64,000 nt of DNA from Heptranchias perlo. Taxonomy: Eukaryota. This document shows, piece after piece, positions 13,251 to 26,049 of the stretch (position 1 is its first letter; every line of letters starts with the position of its first letter). The notes under the pieces were generated by a model. The model did not search any database, was not told the DNA's origin, and worked only from the letters and a program-made list of their open reading frames with translations. Location: assembly GCF_035084215.1 (NCBI RefSeq), contig NC_090340.1:4464001-4528000 (forward strand). The letters are read 5' to 3'. The translations under genes were made by a program, and so were the position numbers.

Positions 13251-13449
13251 GTGTAAGGATTTTGGACATTGAGTCACACCCTATTTTAATCTTTTGAACT
13301 ACTGGACGATTCAAAATAAAGCATTAACCCTAACTCTAAACCTAACCCTGTAAGGATTTGTACATTCACTTGGATAGTACATTTGGAGTACATTTGAAAG
13401 AAAAGGGTTAACTTGGCCTGGACATGAGAGTATCAATACATATTTTGCT

Positions 13450-14995
13450 TTTATTCATTCATGGGCTGTGAGAGTCGCTGGCAAGGCCAGCATTTATTAT
13501 CCAGCCCTAATGGCCCTTGAGAAGGTGATGGTGAGCCGCCTACTTGAATCGCTGCAGTCCTTGTGGTTAAGGTTCTCCCACAGTGCTGTTAGATAAGGAG
13601 TTCCAGAATTTTGAACCAGCGACGATGAAGGAAAAGCGATATATTTCCAAGCCAGGGTTGTGTGTGAATTGGAGGGGAACGTGCAAGTCGTGGTGTTCCC
13701 ATGCCCCGTTGCGGGTTTGGGAGATGCTATTGAAGAAGCCTTGGCGAGTTGCTGCAGTGCATCTTGTAGTTGGAAACACTGCAGCCACGGTGCGTTCTGG
13801 TGGAGGGAGTGAACGTTTTATGTGGTGCATGGCGTGCCTATCAAGCGGGTTGCTTTATGTTGGACTTTGTCGAGCTTCTTGAGTGTTGTTCGCGCTGTAC
13901 TCATCCACGCAAGTGGAGAATATTCCATCACACTCCTAACTTGTGCTTTGTCGAAGGTGGGAAGGCTTGGGGAGTCATGAGTTGTGTCATTTGCCGCAGA
14001 ATACCCAGTCTCTGACCTGCTCTTGTATTCACAGTATTTATATGGCATGTCCAGTTAAGTTTCTTGCCAATGATGAACCCCAGGATGCTGATGGTAGGGG
14101 ATTCGACAATTGTAATGGCGTTGAATGTAAAGAGGAGGTGGTTAGACTCCCTCTTCTTGGAGATGGTGATTGCCTGGCACTTGTCCGGCACGAATGGCAC
14201 TTGCCACTTATCAGCCAAGACTGGACGTTCTCCAGATCTTGCGGCATGTGGGCATGGACTGCTTCATTATATGAGGCATTGCGAATTGAACTGAACACTG
14301 TGCAATCATCAGCGAACATCCCCACATCTGACCTTTTGATGGAAGAAAGGTCATTGATGAAGCAGCTGAAGGTGGTTAGGCCTAGGACGCTGCCCTGAGG
14401 AACTCCTTCAGCGATTTCTGGGGGCTGAGATGAATGGCCTCCAACAACCATCATCATCTCCCTTTGTGTTAGGCATGACTCCAGCCACTGGAGAGTCCCC
14501 CCCCCACCCCCACCAACCTCCCGCCTGACTTCCATTGCCTTCAATTTTACTAGGGCTCCATGATGCTACACTCGGTCAAATGCTGCCTTGAGGTCAAGGG
14601 CAGTCACTCTCACCTCACCTCTGGAATTCAGCTCTCCTGTCCATGTTTGGTCCATGGCTGTAATGAGATCCGGACACAAGTGGCCCTGACAGAACCGAAA
14701 CTGAGCGTCGGTGAGCAGGTTATTGGTGAGTAAGTGCCGCTTGATAATACTGTCGACGACACTTTCTATCACTTTGCTGATGATTAAGAGTAGACTGATG
14801 CGGCGGTAATTGGCTGTATTGGATTTGTCGTTCTTTATTGTGGCTAGGACATATCTGGGCAATGTTCCACTTGGTTGGGTAAATGCCAGTTTTGTAGCTG
14901 TACTGGAATGGCTTGGCCACTGGAGCGGTTAGTTCTCGAGCACAAGTCTTCAGCACTACAGCCGGGATGTTGTCGGGGGCCTTAGCCTTTACTCT
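13450..14995 (-). mobile_element. Non-LTR LINE family B (CR1/L2 group), RT 3' half
   Basis: VTALDLKAAFDRV, GVPQGSVLG, MFADDCTVF, RSVMEYSPLAW in ORFs 13818-15001. Confidence 0.85.
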
Positions 14996-15764
14996 ATGCA
15001 TTGCAAAGCATCAAAGTGCAGACCATTTAAACCGGACAGTTGGACATCAGTGTAACTCTGCAGGAGCTATCCAGTCCAGAATCCGTAGATAGGATGTGAC
15101 TTTCAATAACAACTGACAAGGCGAAGCTTCCAGAAGCTTCAGAAGCTTCCAGAAGATTTTCAAAGTCAACAACAACTGCGAAGGAAAGAAACTGATTGGG
15201 TAGCTGGTTTCATGTAGATTTGGGGATATAAGGCGTCCATAAGGTCCATGAGTGATCCAACTAGCCACCCATCTTCATGCTATGAACAAATTGGGACTTC
15301 TCGTAACTTGGTTCGCAACTATTTGCTCAGAAGCCTATAAAAATAAGATATCATAGCAGTCAAAACAACGGCCAACATCAGAGGAACTGGAAGAAGCTTA
15401 AAGAGTTAACGACTGCAGCACGAGCTTCTCCAACAATGAGCACTTGAATACTGTGCTTCTAAACTTCGACAAAAAGACTTTCATTCTGAGCTTCAACCAA
15501 ACCACTTTTTCCCCAATCTGAAAAGACGAACCTTGATGAGAAGAATCTCGGCACATCGCTCAACGTGTCTCTCAATAACGTACCTGTTACTGAAACAATT
15601 AATTACCTACCTTTGGACCTAAACGACTGCTTCGATGCATAAGGTTGTATATTTCACTTGCTCGCTTTGCTTCATGCCTGCTTATGTGAACTTTTAAATA
15701 ATTAAATATAAAATGTTCAGAACCCGAATTTGTATTACCGGGTAGAGTAATCAACGTATTGGAA

Positions 15765-17200
15765 TAACGGAGGCTCTGACTATCATTTTCCGATCCTCCC
15801 TAGCTACAGGTGTAGTTCTGGGGGATTGGAGGACTGCTAACGTTGTACCATTGTTTAAAAAGGGAGAAATATATTGATTGAGTAATTAGAGGCCAGTAAG
15901 TCTAATCTTGGTGGTGGGCAAATTATTGATATCGATTCTGAGGGACAGTATAAATCGTCATTTCGAAAGGCACAGGTTAATCAAGGACAGTCAGCATGGA
16001 TATGTTAAGGGAATTTCGTGTCTGACTAACGTGATTGATTTTTTTGAGGAGGTAACAAGGAGGATCGATGACGGTAATGTATTTGATCTAGTGTACATGG
16101 ATTTTCGCAAGGCTTTGACAAGGCCTCACATGGCAGTCTTGTCAAAAAAGTATAGGCCCATGGGATCCAAGGGAAAGTGGCTATTTGGATCCAAAATTGG
16201 CTCAGTGGCAGGAAGCAAACTGTAATATTTGACTGCTGTATTTGTGACTGGATAACTGTTTCCAGTGGGGTTCCACAAGGCTTAGTGCTAGGTCCCTTGC
16301 TTTTTGTGGTATACATTAATTATCTGGACATAACTGAGGGGGGCTTGATCAAGAAGTTTGCAAATGAAGGAAAAATCGGCCATGTAGTTGCTAGTGAGGA
16401 AGAAAGATGTAGACTGCAGGAAGATATCAGTGGACTAGTCAGGCAGGGACACAAGTGGCAAATGGAATTAAATCCAGAGAAGTGTGAGGTTATGCATTTG
16501 GGGAGGGCAAAGAAGGCAAGGGAGTACACAATAAATGGGTGGATACTGAGAGTTGTAGAGGAACAAAGGGACCTTGGAGTGCATGTCCATGGATCCCTGA
16601 AGGCAGCAGGACAGGTAGGTAATGCGGTTAAAAAGGCATACGGGTTTTGTTCTATCATTAGCCGATACAAAGAATATAAGAGCAGGGATGTCATGCTCGA
16701 ACTATATAAAACATTGGTTAGTCCACAGCTTGAGTACTGCGTGCAGCTCTGGTCATCACATTGCAGCAAAGATGACACAGCGCCTGAGAGGATAACAAGG
16801 AGATTTACGAGGATGTTGCCAAGGCTGGAGAATTCTAGTGATGAAGAAAATATTGGATAGGCTGGGATTGTTTTCTTTGGAACAAAGGAGGCTGAAGGGA
16901 CATTTAATTGAGGTATATAAAGTTATCACTGGACGAGATAGAGTGGATATGGAGGACCTATTTCCCTTAGCAGAGGGGTCAGTGACCAAGGGGTATAGAT
17001 TTAAAGTAATTGGTAGAATGGTTAATGTGGAGCTGAGGATATTTTTTTTCACCCAGAGGGTGGTAGGGGTCTGGAACTCACTGCCTGAAAAGGGGGTAGA
17101 GGCAGAAACCCTCAATTCATTTAAAAAAGTACTTGGATATGCACTTGAAGTGCTGTAACATACAGGACTACGGACCAAGTGCTGGGAAGTGGGATGATAC
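15765..17200 (+). mobile_element. CR1 LINE, 5'-truncated RT half
   Basis: SQHGYVKGISCLTN, GVPQGLVLGP, LEYCVQLWS, FFTQRVVGVWNSLP. Confidence 0.9.
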
Positions 17201-18014
17201 TACGAGTACAGATGAGCGTCAATACATAACTTTGTAGAGGAACAGAAATATCTCATTCCGATTGTAGATGTAAGACAGCTCAGTTAGAAAAAAGCCCTGC
17301 ATGTAAAACAAGGAATTACGTGCAACAAGAAGGGAGTTGATAATCATAGTGATTTAGACGACCAGGATTGGGGTGAATTAAAGAAAGATCAGTCAAGGGA
17401 AAGCACCCCTCCCCCAGGGTACCATTGGCCCCTCCAACGTCACGTATGGTACAGGTCAAGTACAATGTAAATGCCCAATGCGTCAGGGAATCTGTGGCCA
17501 GCAGAGTTAGCTTCCCTTATAGCCCACTGCAGCTACAGGAAATGGTCAAACAGATTCACAAATTTGATGAAAGGGTAATGTGGTGAAACTTTTCGCAGAT
17601 GTAGAACAAGTTGCTCAGTATAGTGGGATGGACCAAAATGAAAAAAGGTCCGCTTGTTGCTGTATACTCTGGGGTCAACGGTATATGGGGCTCTCCCTCA
17701 GGATAGGAAACATAGGAGAGGAACCTGGACAGAAGCTCAATTGTCCATATTCAATGCAATTGGATTTAACAGTGGGGTTCCCAGCGAAGTATTGACCAAG
17801 TATAAGCAAGAATCCAATGAGCATCCCGAGGTAGATGCTAACCATTTATAGCAACACTATGCTAGAGTCTATGGGCCAGAAGCAGGTCAAGCTGCCCCGG
17901 TAGACCGTCCCGCTGAGGCTAGGCGGTTGTGGACTTTGATTAGTCATGCACAACCGTACCTGCAAGCAGCGTGGGCGGATTTTGACCAGAAAATGAAGCC
18001 AAAACTGACCCTAT

Positions 18015-19622
18015 AATTCTGGCATGGATGATACCGAGAAACCAGTCTTCAACCAATTCGATTCACTCCACGTGATATCAAGAAACGGCTGAGTGCAATG
18101 GATACAGCAAAGGCTACGGGCCCCGACAACATCCCGACAGTAGTGCTGAAGAATTCTGCTCCAGAACTAGCCGCTCCTCTAGCCAAATTGTTCCAGTACA
18201 GCTACAACACCGACATCTACCCAACAACGTGGAAAATTGCCCAGGTATGTCCTGTCCACGAAAAGCAGGACAAATAAAATCTGGCCAATTACCGCCCCAT
18301 CAGTCTACTCTCAATCATCAGCAAAGTGATGGAACGTGTCGTCGACAGTGCTATCAAACTGCTCAGTTTGGGTTCTGCCAGGACCACTCAGCTCCAGACC
18401 TCGTTACAGCCTTGGTCCAAACATGGACAAAAGAGCAGAATTCGAGAGGTGAGGTGAGAGTGACTGCCCTTGACATCAAGGCAGCATTTGACCGAGTGTG
18501 GCACCAAGGAGCCCAAGTAAAATTTAAGTCAAAGGGAATCAGGGGGAAAACTCTCCAGTAGCTGGAGTCATACCCAGCACAAAGGAGGATAGTAATGGTT
18601 GTTGGAGGTCAATCATCTCAGCCCCAGGATATTGCTGCAGGAGTTCCTCAGGGCAGTGTCCTCGGCCCCACATTTTCAGCTGCTTCATCAATGACCTTCC
18701 CTGCATAATTAGGTCAGAAATGGGGATGTTGGCTGATGATTCCACAGTGTTGAGTTCCATTTGCAATCCGTCAGATAAAGAAGCAGTCTATGCTCGCATG
18801 CAGCAAGACCTGGACAACATCCAGTCTTGGGCTGATGAGTCAAAAGTAACATTCACGCCAGACAAATGCCAGACAATGATCATCTCCAACAACAGATAGT
18901 CTAAGCACTTCTCCTTTATATTCAACGGCATTACGATCGCCGAATTTCCACCGTCAACATGCTGGGGGTCACCATTGACCAGAAACTTAACTGGACCAGC
19001 CACATAAATAATACGTCTACAAGAGCAGGTCAGAGGCTGGGTATTCTGCGGCGGGTGACTCATCTCCAAACTCCCCAGAGTCTTTCCAACATCTACAAGG
19101 CACAAGTCAGGAGTGTGAAGGAATACTCTCCACTTGCCTGGATGAATGCAGCTCCAACAACACTCAAGAAGCTCGGCAACATCCAGGACAAAGCAGCCCG
19201 CTTGATTGGCACCCCAACTACCACCCTAAACGTTCACTCCCTTCACCACCGGTGCAACGTGGCTGCATCTAAAGGATGCAATGCAGCAACTCGCCAAGGC
19301 TGCGACAGCACCTTCAAACACGCTACCTCTACCACCTAGAAGGACAAGGGCGACAGGCATATGGGAGCAGCACCACCTGCACGTTCCCCTCCAAGTCACA
19401 CACCATCCCGACTTGGAAGCATATCGCCGTTCCTTCATCGTCGCTGTGTCAAAATCCTGGAACTCCCCACCTAACAGCACTGTGGGAGAACCCCACCACA
19501 CGGACTGCAGCGTTTCAAGAAGGCGGCTCACCACCACCTTCTCAAGGGCAATTAGGAATGGACAATAAATGCTGCCCTTGACAGCGATGCCCATATCCCA
19601 TGAAAGAATAATAAAAAAAATA
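18015..19622 (+). mobile_element. LINE family B inserted into ERV2
   Basis: SAPDLVTALVQTWTKE...DIKAAFDRVWHQG; YSPLAWM; A-rich 3' tail near 19605-19622. Confidence 0.85.
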
Positions 19623-19628
19623 AGTTTC

Positions 19629-20327
19629 GGTAGGAATGGAACATCTCAAAGCTGAGAGTGAAATGGGAAAATGTGTGACTTGTTAAGATGGTCTGGAAGT
19701 TGAAGGAGTGAGAGATGCATTTGAAGAGGTTTTAGAACGTGAACCGAGAAAGGGACTTCGAACAATGGAGGAGAAGGAGAAAACTTTTTAACAGGATAGC
19801 CAATACAAGCCTGGTAATTGGTCTTTCCCAAATGAGAAGGTAAATCGGTTTAAAATTGAGTTAAGTAAACCTTGGATATTGAAAATGGAGTTCATAGATA
19901 CAGGTTTTAAAACAGGAGAAAAGTGAAAAGGGAAGATTCCGTTTATTCTTCTGTTACAAGCTGGAGAATTTTTATTTGGATCAGTTTTTTATTGCTTTAC
20001 TTGTTTTCATTCACTTCGACCACTTACAAAACATTTTTCTTAATGTGGTTACATCGTGAAAACACGAATAGGACGCGGAGCTGCAAATTCCAAATTCAGC
20101 TGTCCTGGGTACATCTGTATGTGGAATAGTGAGGATTAATTTCAAATGGGATGCTAGCAAAAAGGAGAGATACCTTGGAAGTTAAGACAGAAATGTTCGC
20201 CAGTCTCTCCCATCTTTTGTCTCGACATATTTAGTTGTGCTTGTTTGAAATTTAGTTCTATTGTTGCATTGTTTCAGTCAACCTTTTTAATTGTTATCAA
20301 TTTCTTAATTTAAGATCGTTCCCTACA
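19629..20327. repeat. Possible solo LTR inside ERV2
   Basis: Non-coding block with imperfect inverted ends (ggtaggaatg ... cgttccctaca, ending CA); no TSD found. Confidence 0.3.
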
Positions 20328-20334
20328 TTGATAG

Positions 20335-21120
20335 ATGGATGCTATATCAGCAGTTATAACTCAAACGATTGCCGAGAAACAAAGATCAATCGCTTCTGCG
20401 TCCGGAATCCTTGGTCCAGTCGAAGTAAGTTATTTTGCATGTGAAAAACACTTGTTTGCGACGTTTTGGGGCATTACGCATTTTTATTATATTGTGGGTT
20501 TAGAGCCAGAACATCTAATAACCAATCACACTCCAACGGAGTTCTTGTTGGACGGGAGATTTATGGACCGGTCAGTGTCTCCCGTCAGCCTAGCCCGGTG
20601 GACCCTGTTTTTGCAGGTATTAAAGTCCATCAGAATCCAGAACCGCCTCATTTCCCAGGAAGTCTGATGCATTAAGGAGGCCAACTTAAATCATCACAAA
20701 GCTCCAATAAAATTTGAGTGTTGCCAGACACAAGTGATTTATCAGTAGATGGAACCAGTCGAGTAGAGAAGGGGGAAAGGAAGACAGGATGTGGTATATA
20801 CGACCCGGACAAACAAGTAGAATTAGCTATTCGACTGCCTGCACTTATGTCTGCACAGGTAGCCGAATTGGCAGCTGTAGCATATGTGGTCACACATCCA
20901 GTTGTGTTCCCAACTCACTTCACCATACATTCAGGCACAATGTTATGTGTCTAATTCTCTGACGACACACCTTCCGATCTGGGAAACGAGAGGCTTTACA
21001 TAGGCCAATGGGAAGGCATTACCCCTTGCCCCCGTTTTGAAAGTGATTTTTAACAGAGCACGAGAAGTACCTGGGGAAATACCAGTGTGCAAAGTTAAAA
21101 CACATACTAAGAATGGGCCT
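20335..21120 (+). pseudogene. ERV2 pol: Ty3/Gypsy-like RNase H (tether) followed by a second retroviral-type RNase H
   Basis: ISAVITQ...CEKHLFATFWGITHF...TNHTP...ARWTLFLQ, then SVDGTS...SAQVAELAAV...TIHS. Confidence 0.8.
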
Positions 21121-21399
21121 CTATGGGAATGAAATCAGAAAGCAAACGATTAGCTAACAAAGGAGGAGAGGAGGGAATGGAGTGGGTTCCAGTAGAAATG
21201 TTTCCCCTAATGGAAACCAATCAGCCTGAGAAATTGCCCTACACAATCGATTTGAAACAATTACAAAAAGATCCTGAAATAAAGGCAGTCATGGTGATGC
21301 TGGAAAGAAAGAAATCCAAGGGGAGAATATGCTCATCAGCTCAAGTTAAAGGTGAAAGATGGTATCTAGCTGTACGATAAAAAGTGGGTGGTACCACAA

Positions 21400-22755
21400 A
21401 ATGAGAACAAGGCTTTTCTTTACCAAGCCCATGACGCACCCACTTCAGGACATCCCAGTCCACGGGGAACATTAGAATGGCTCCAACAAGCAGCATGGTG
21501 GTCAGGAGTGAAAAGCCAGATGGAGCATTAATGTCAAAACTCTTTACCTTGTGCACCACACAACCCAGATGTGCATACCAAGACCGCACTGTTGCACCAC
21601 ACTCGGCCGACAGCCGGCCTTTGGACCGATCAACAGATAGATTATATTGGGCCATTTGCCTCTTCGTCTCGAGATAATCGGTATCTATATGTGGCAGTAG
21701 ACACATTCTCAGAGTGGGTAGAAGCATTTCCAACACCCAAATCAACAGCATAGGCCACTGCTAAAATACTGATGAACCACGTATTCACGAGATGGGGACT
21801 CCCAAATTCCATCGACTCGGACCAAGGTAGTCATTTTACGGGGAGGGGAATACAAACTGCTATACAGCTGTTAGGAATCAACAAACGATTCCATATTTCA
21901 CATGATCCTACCTCATCAGGCATGGTGGAGATTGAACCAAGCATCGAAAAACAATGCTGAAGGAGTTAATTGAGCTATCCCACAAAACAAGGGCCCAAGT
22001 GCTGCCCTTGGCATCAATGGCAATACGATCCACTGAGCCACGGACCACCAAGGACTTACCCCATGAGTTAATGACAGTGAGAGTGATGAGGACCCCTGAA
22101 CATTTGATGAGCCGCAGTGTCAGGTCTTGACTCAGGAGTGGTACATTAACTAGTTACGTGGTCGGCTGCAACAGATAATGGTCTTTGCAACCGTTAATAG
22201 TGCACGATATAAAAAGACCAATAAAATATATTTTGATATCAAAGTCAAAGGAGTAGAATGGACAGTCAGTGATAGTCATAGAGTCATAGAGTTATACAGC
22301 ACGGATAGAGGCCCTTCGGCCCATCGTGTCCGCGCCGGCCATCAGCCCTGTCGACTCTAATCCCATATTCCAGCATTTGATCCGTAGTCTTGTATGCTAT
22401 GGCATTTCAAGTGCTCATCCAAATGCTTCTTGAATGTTGTGAGGGTTCCTGCCTCCACAACCCTTTCAGACAGTGAGTTCCAGACTCCAACCACCCTCTG
22501 GGTGAAAAAGTTCTTTCTCAAATCCCCTCTAAACCTCCCGTCTAAACATTCCAATCAATCGGGCAATTTGTGGCTTGCTTTTCTGGACCATATCCCATTG
22601 TGGATAAAGCCAGTCCATCTGTGTACAAAGTAGACCTGAAACAGGAAAAAGGAAAATGGATCCAAGTCAACCAACTAAAAGAGTACAAGGGAAACGTACA
22701 TGGTGCAATGAGCCCGATGGAGGAAGAGATTATTCATGTCCTCCCTATCGGATGA
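21400..22755 (+). pseudogene. ERV2 integrase (HHCC remnant, DDE core, GPY)
   Basis: HDAPTSGH near 21430; QIDYIGP...VAVDTFSEWVEAFP; WGLPNSIDSDQGSHF; GPYPIVDKASPSVYKV...WIQVNQLK. Confidence 0.85.
22275..22545 (-). mobile_element. CR1 3' fragment inserted in ERV2 integrase
   Basis: ORF 22357-22554 KNFFTQRVVGVWNSL; catagagt terminal repeats. Confidence 0.85.
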
Positions 22756-24089
22756 GGAGCATCACAACATATTACACCCAACTCTGGTAGAACAGAGAGC
22801 TCCCAGACCTAGGTGACTGAGACAAAGATCAGTCTGTCCACTTGATAGATACACTTCTCCATGGGAGTACAGACAAAGACGGTTATGATATATAAATGGC
22901 AGAAGATATTTACACGAAACCGAATAAAGTCGATCACAAAAAGTAATAAGATATTAACAAAGATGAGACATTACCCATACGTTTAATTTCATCCTAGGTC
23001 CTGACTTGAGACCAAGATTGAGAAAGGCAAATGAAACATTTGCCTTTAATGAAATTAATGAAATTACTTTATATAAATGCTAATATTATGTGTAAACGGA
23101 TGTCAAGAAAGAAATGAAGAATGCAGCATAAGGGTATATCAAGGTAGCGACCCAACAGGGCAAAACTGGAATGTAAAGTTGGGATGGGTAAGAGTGGACT
23201 AAGTTAGACTGCATTGTAAATGCATGCAATCATTGAAAAAAGTGCAAATTTGCTTATCTGCCCAGCTGGAAAGTAACTAATTACAACACCAATGAGGTAC
23301 GCTTAAAACTGCAGGTCCAAACTAAGTTTTAACAGCGCAGCAAGCCTTAATGATTGCCAAACAACTAAAAAAATAACTTTTAAAACTGTACCATCTCATT
23401 ACACTTTATTTTAATAATTTTTGGTCATTAAAAAAATAAATGTAAAAATTAGTGATTTTTACTTTTCCATTCTGTCTATTTTATTTAATTCAATTATTTT
23501 TACCCTATCTTTTTTCGATGTCTGTATCTGTTTTTAGCCTGATTTAAATTGTTGTACTTTTGACTTCCTAATCTAACGCTGCAAGCCAACAGAGACTGTG
23601 AATGCAGCTATCAAAAATGCTGTTATCTGATTGGTCAAGGGGAGAGATCGATCCTCTCGCTTCTCCCGGAGTCCGAGCTTCACCAAAACTGACACTCTGC
23701 TTTCCTCCACGAAGTTTTGAGGAAATGGCCGATGGAAAAAACACGGTAAGTTTGTGGGTTAATATGAGTGTTGGTTTGCCGCTCCGAGCAATTTATACCC
23801 CAATGTGGTTACAATTGTGCAGCGGGTATTATTGTACACATTACCGACATTGTATTGTTTGAAGCTTCGTAGATCACATAATGCCAGAACGAAATGTGGT
23901 CTCCTGATAATTTAGATGATCTCAGCAATGGCAAAAGTAAGGGTCTCAATTATCCTGTGGGTTACCAATTAAAGATATTAAACAGCAAAGATGCCACTTC
24001 TTGTTGGTATCCAGTGACTCCCAGTTGACATTGCTGATGTGTAGAGGTTTGTCCCATTTATGGTGCCATCAAGGTGGAATAAGAAGAAC

Positions 24090-24510
24090 GAATTAGCATT
24101 TATATGGCGTATTTGGCATCTTCAACCGTCCCAAAACACTTCATAACCAATTAATTATATTTGGAGGTTTACTTATTATTGTAAAGGAAAATGCGGAAGT
24201 CAATTCCTGCGCTTGCAAACAACAATGCGTTTAGGCGTCTGTCAATCTGTATTGGTGGCATAGGTAGTGTGATCAATCTCGGCACTTGCAATAGTGTCAT
24301 GAGATCCTTTACATCCTGACTAAATGGAGAGGTATTCTATTTAATGTCTCATCCGAACAATGGTGCCTCTAACAAGTGCAACAGCAGAGAATAAAGCACT
24401 CCCTCCGAACAAGACAGAAATGTTAGGCGAGGTTATGCCTTCAAAACCTGGAGGTAGAGCGGATTTCAAATCACATCCCTCTGACTCAGACCAGAGTGCT
24501 ACCACACATA
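24090..24510 (-). mobile_element. Deu-domain SINE (tRNA head, L2-like tail), degenerate
   Basis: Deu-like core ttaatgtctcatccgaa near 24341; tRNA-derived head (ctgactcaga...agtgctacca) near 24480-24505. Confidence 0.55.
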
Positions 24511-24539
24511 GGTTCTTACACAAACGAATTTTATAGATA

Positions 24540-25380
24540 ACAGCAACAATTTGCATCTGTGTACTGCCTTTAAGGTAATAAAATGTCCCAAGGCGCTTTA
24601 CAGAAGCGTTAACAAACAACATTTGAAAACGAGTCACATAAAGAGATATTCGGACAGGTGAGCTAAAAGCTTGGTCAAAGAGTTAGGTTTTAAGGAGCGT
24701 AATCATGGAGGAAGGAGAGGTAGAGCGGTTAACGGAGGGAATTCCAAAGCTTGTGGACAAGGCAGGTGAAAGCATGATTGCTAATGGAGGAGCGATGAAA
24801 ATTGGGAATGCGCATGATGGCAGAATTGGAGGATCGCAGATATCTCCGAGGGTTGTAGGGTGGAAGAGGTTACAGGGATAGGGAGGAGCGAGGACATGGC
24901 GGCATTTGAAAACATGAATGAATATTTTTTTTTAAATGGAGGCATTGCCATACAGGGAATCAATATCAGTCAGCAAGCACAGGGATGACTGTTGAACGGG
25001 ACATGAGTGAGTTAGGATAGGGTCATCAGAGTTTTGGATAAGCTCAAATTTACGGAGGGAGCAAGGTGGGTGGCCAACGAGGAGAGCTTTGTAATAGTCA
25101 AATATAGATGTAACAAAAACTATGATGAGGGTTTCAGCAACAGATGAGCTGAAGCAGGGGCAGAGACAAGCAATGTTATGGAGGTGGGAGTAGGTGGTCT
25201 TAGTGATGGAGTGTATATGGGATCGGAAGCTCAGCTCAGGGTCAAATCGGATGCCAAGAATGCGAACGGTCTGCTTCAGCCTCAAACAGTGTCCAGGGAG
25301 TGGGGTGGAGCCGATGGCTGAGGAACTGAGATAACAGCGGTGTTCGAAGACAATGGCTTCGGTCTTCCCAATATGCATTA
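24540..25380 (-). mobile_element. L2 LINE 3' fragment
   Basis: ORF 24932-25378 GKTEAIVF...ILGIRFDPELSFRSHI...AETLIIVFVTSIFDY, typical of the L2 RT C-terminus. Confidence 0.8.
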
Positions 25381-25851
25381 TTTCTCAGATGTGAAGGACG
25401 TCGCTGGGGGCTGGGGTGGGGGGCGGGGTGGTTGGTGTTGCGGGGTGTTGGGTGGGAGAAAGAGAAATGAAGAAGGTGCTCTGTGTTTATGGTTACCACA
25501 GTGAATTGGCGCAATAAATATATATAATGAAAATGAATTTGTGAACTTTCTCTAATCGTTGTGTTATATGGATGCGCCCACAGCTTCAACGTCATTCGTC
25601 AAATCATTCAGAGGAAAGTAAATCAAAATTACTCTGAAGTGTTGGGAACTGTGTAACAGTTTTTTTTTAATGAGCAAGCGGATTTCCACAGTAGGGCGGT
25701 TGCGAGACACAATTGGCAAAAAGACACCAACTTAATTGAACCTGAAGCTTAACTCCAAGGAGCAAGGCACTGATCCTTGAATCATCACAGCGTTATTTTC
25801 TTTTTACTGTTTGCAAACCGTTGGCTAATTCCAAAACCTTATTTATTTATG

Positions 25852-26049
25852 ATATGGAGATGCCGGTGATGGACTGGGGTGGACAAATGTAAGGAATCTT
25901 ACAACACCAGGTTATAGTCCAACAAATTTATTTTAAAATCACAAGCTTTCGGAGATTATCTCCTTCGTCAGATGAATGAAGGAGATAATCTCCGAAAGCT
26001 TGTGATTTTAAAATAAATTTGTTGGACTATAACCTGGTGTTGTAAGATT
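25852..26049. mobile_element. Penelope-like element remnant: tail plus perfect inverted pLTR hairpin
   Basis: Perfect 77-bp inverted arms 25890-25966 and 25978-26054; flanking direct repeat ccttatttatttatg at 25837-25851 and 26050-26064. Confidence 0.8.
25941..25972 (-). ncRNA. Minimal hammerhead ribozyme core (Penelope-type)
   Basis: Minus strand reads CUGACGA-A-GGAGA(UAA)UCUCC-GAAA-GCUUGU: conserved CUGANGA and GAAA boxes, stem II, palindromic AAGCUU. Confidence 0.65.

Larger units (their letters stand above)
17200..22900 (+). mobile_element. Endogenous retrovirus-like element ERV2 (gag...RH-RH-IN), decayed and interrupted; boundaries approximate
   Basis: gag fragments homologous to ERV1 (LQEMVKQI...VEQVAQYSGMDQNEK; KQESNEHP); two RNase H-like domains; integrase core and GPY; no LTR pair identified. 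Confidence 0.75.
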
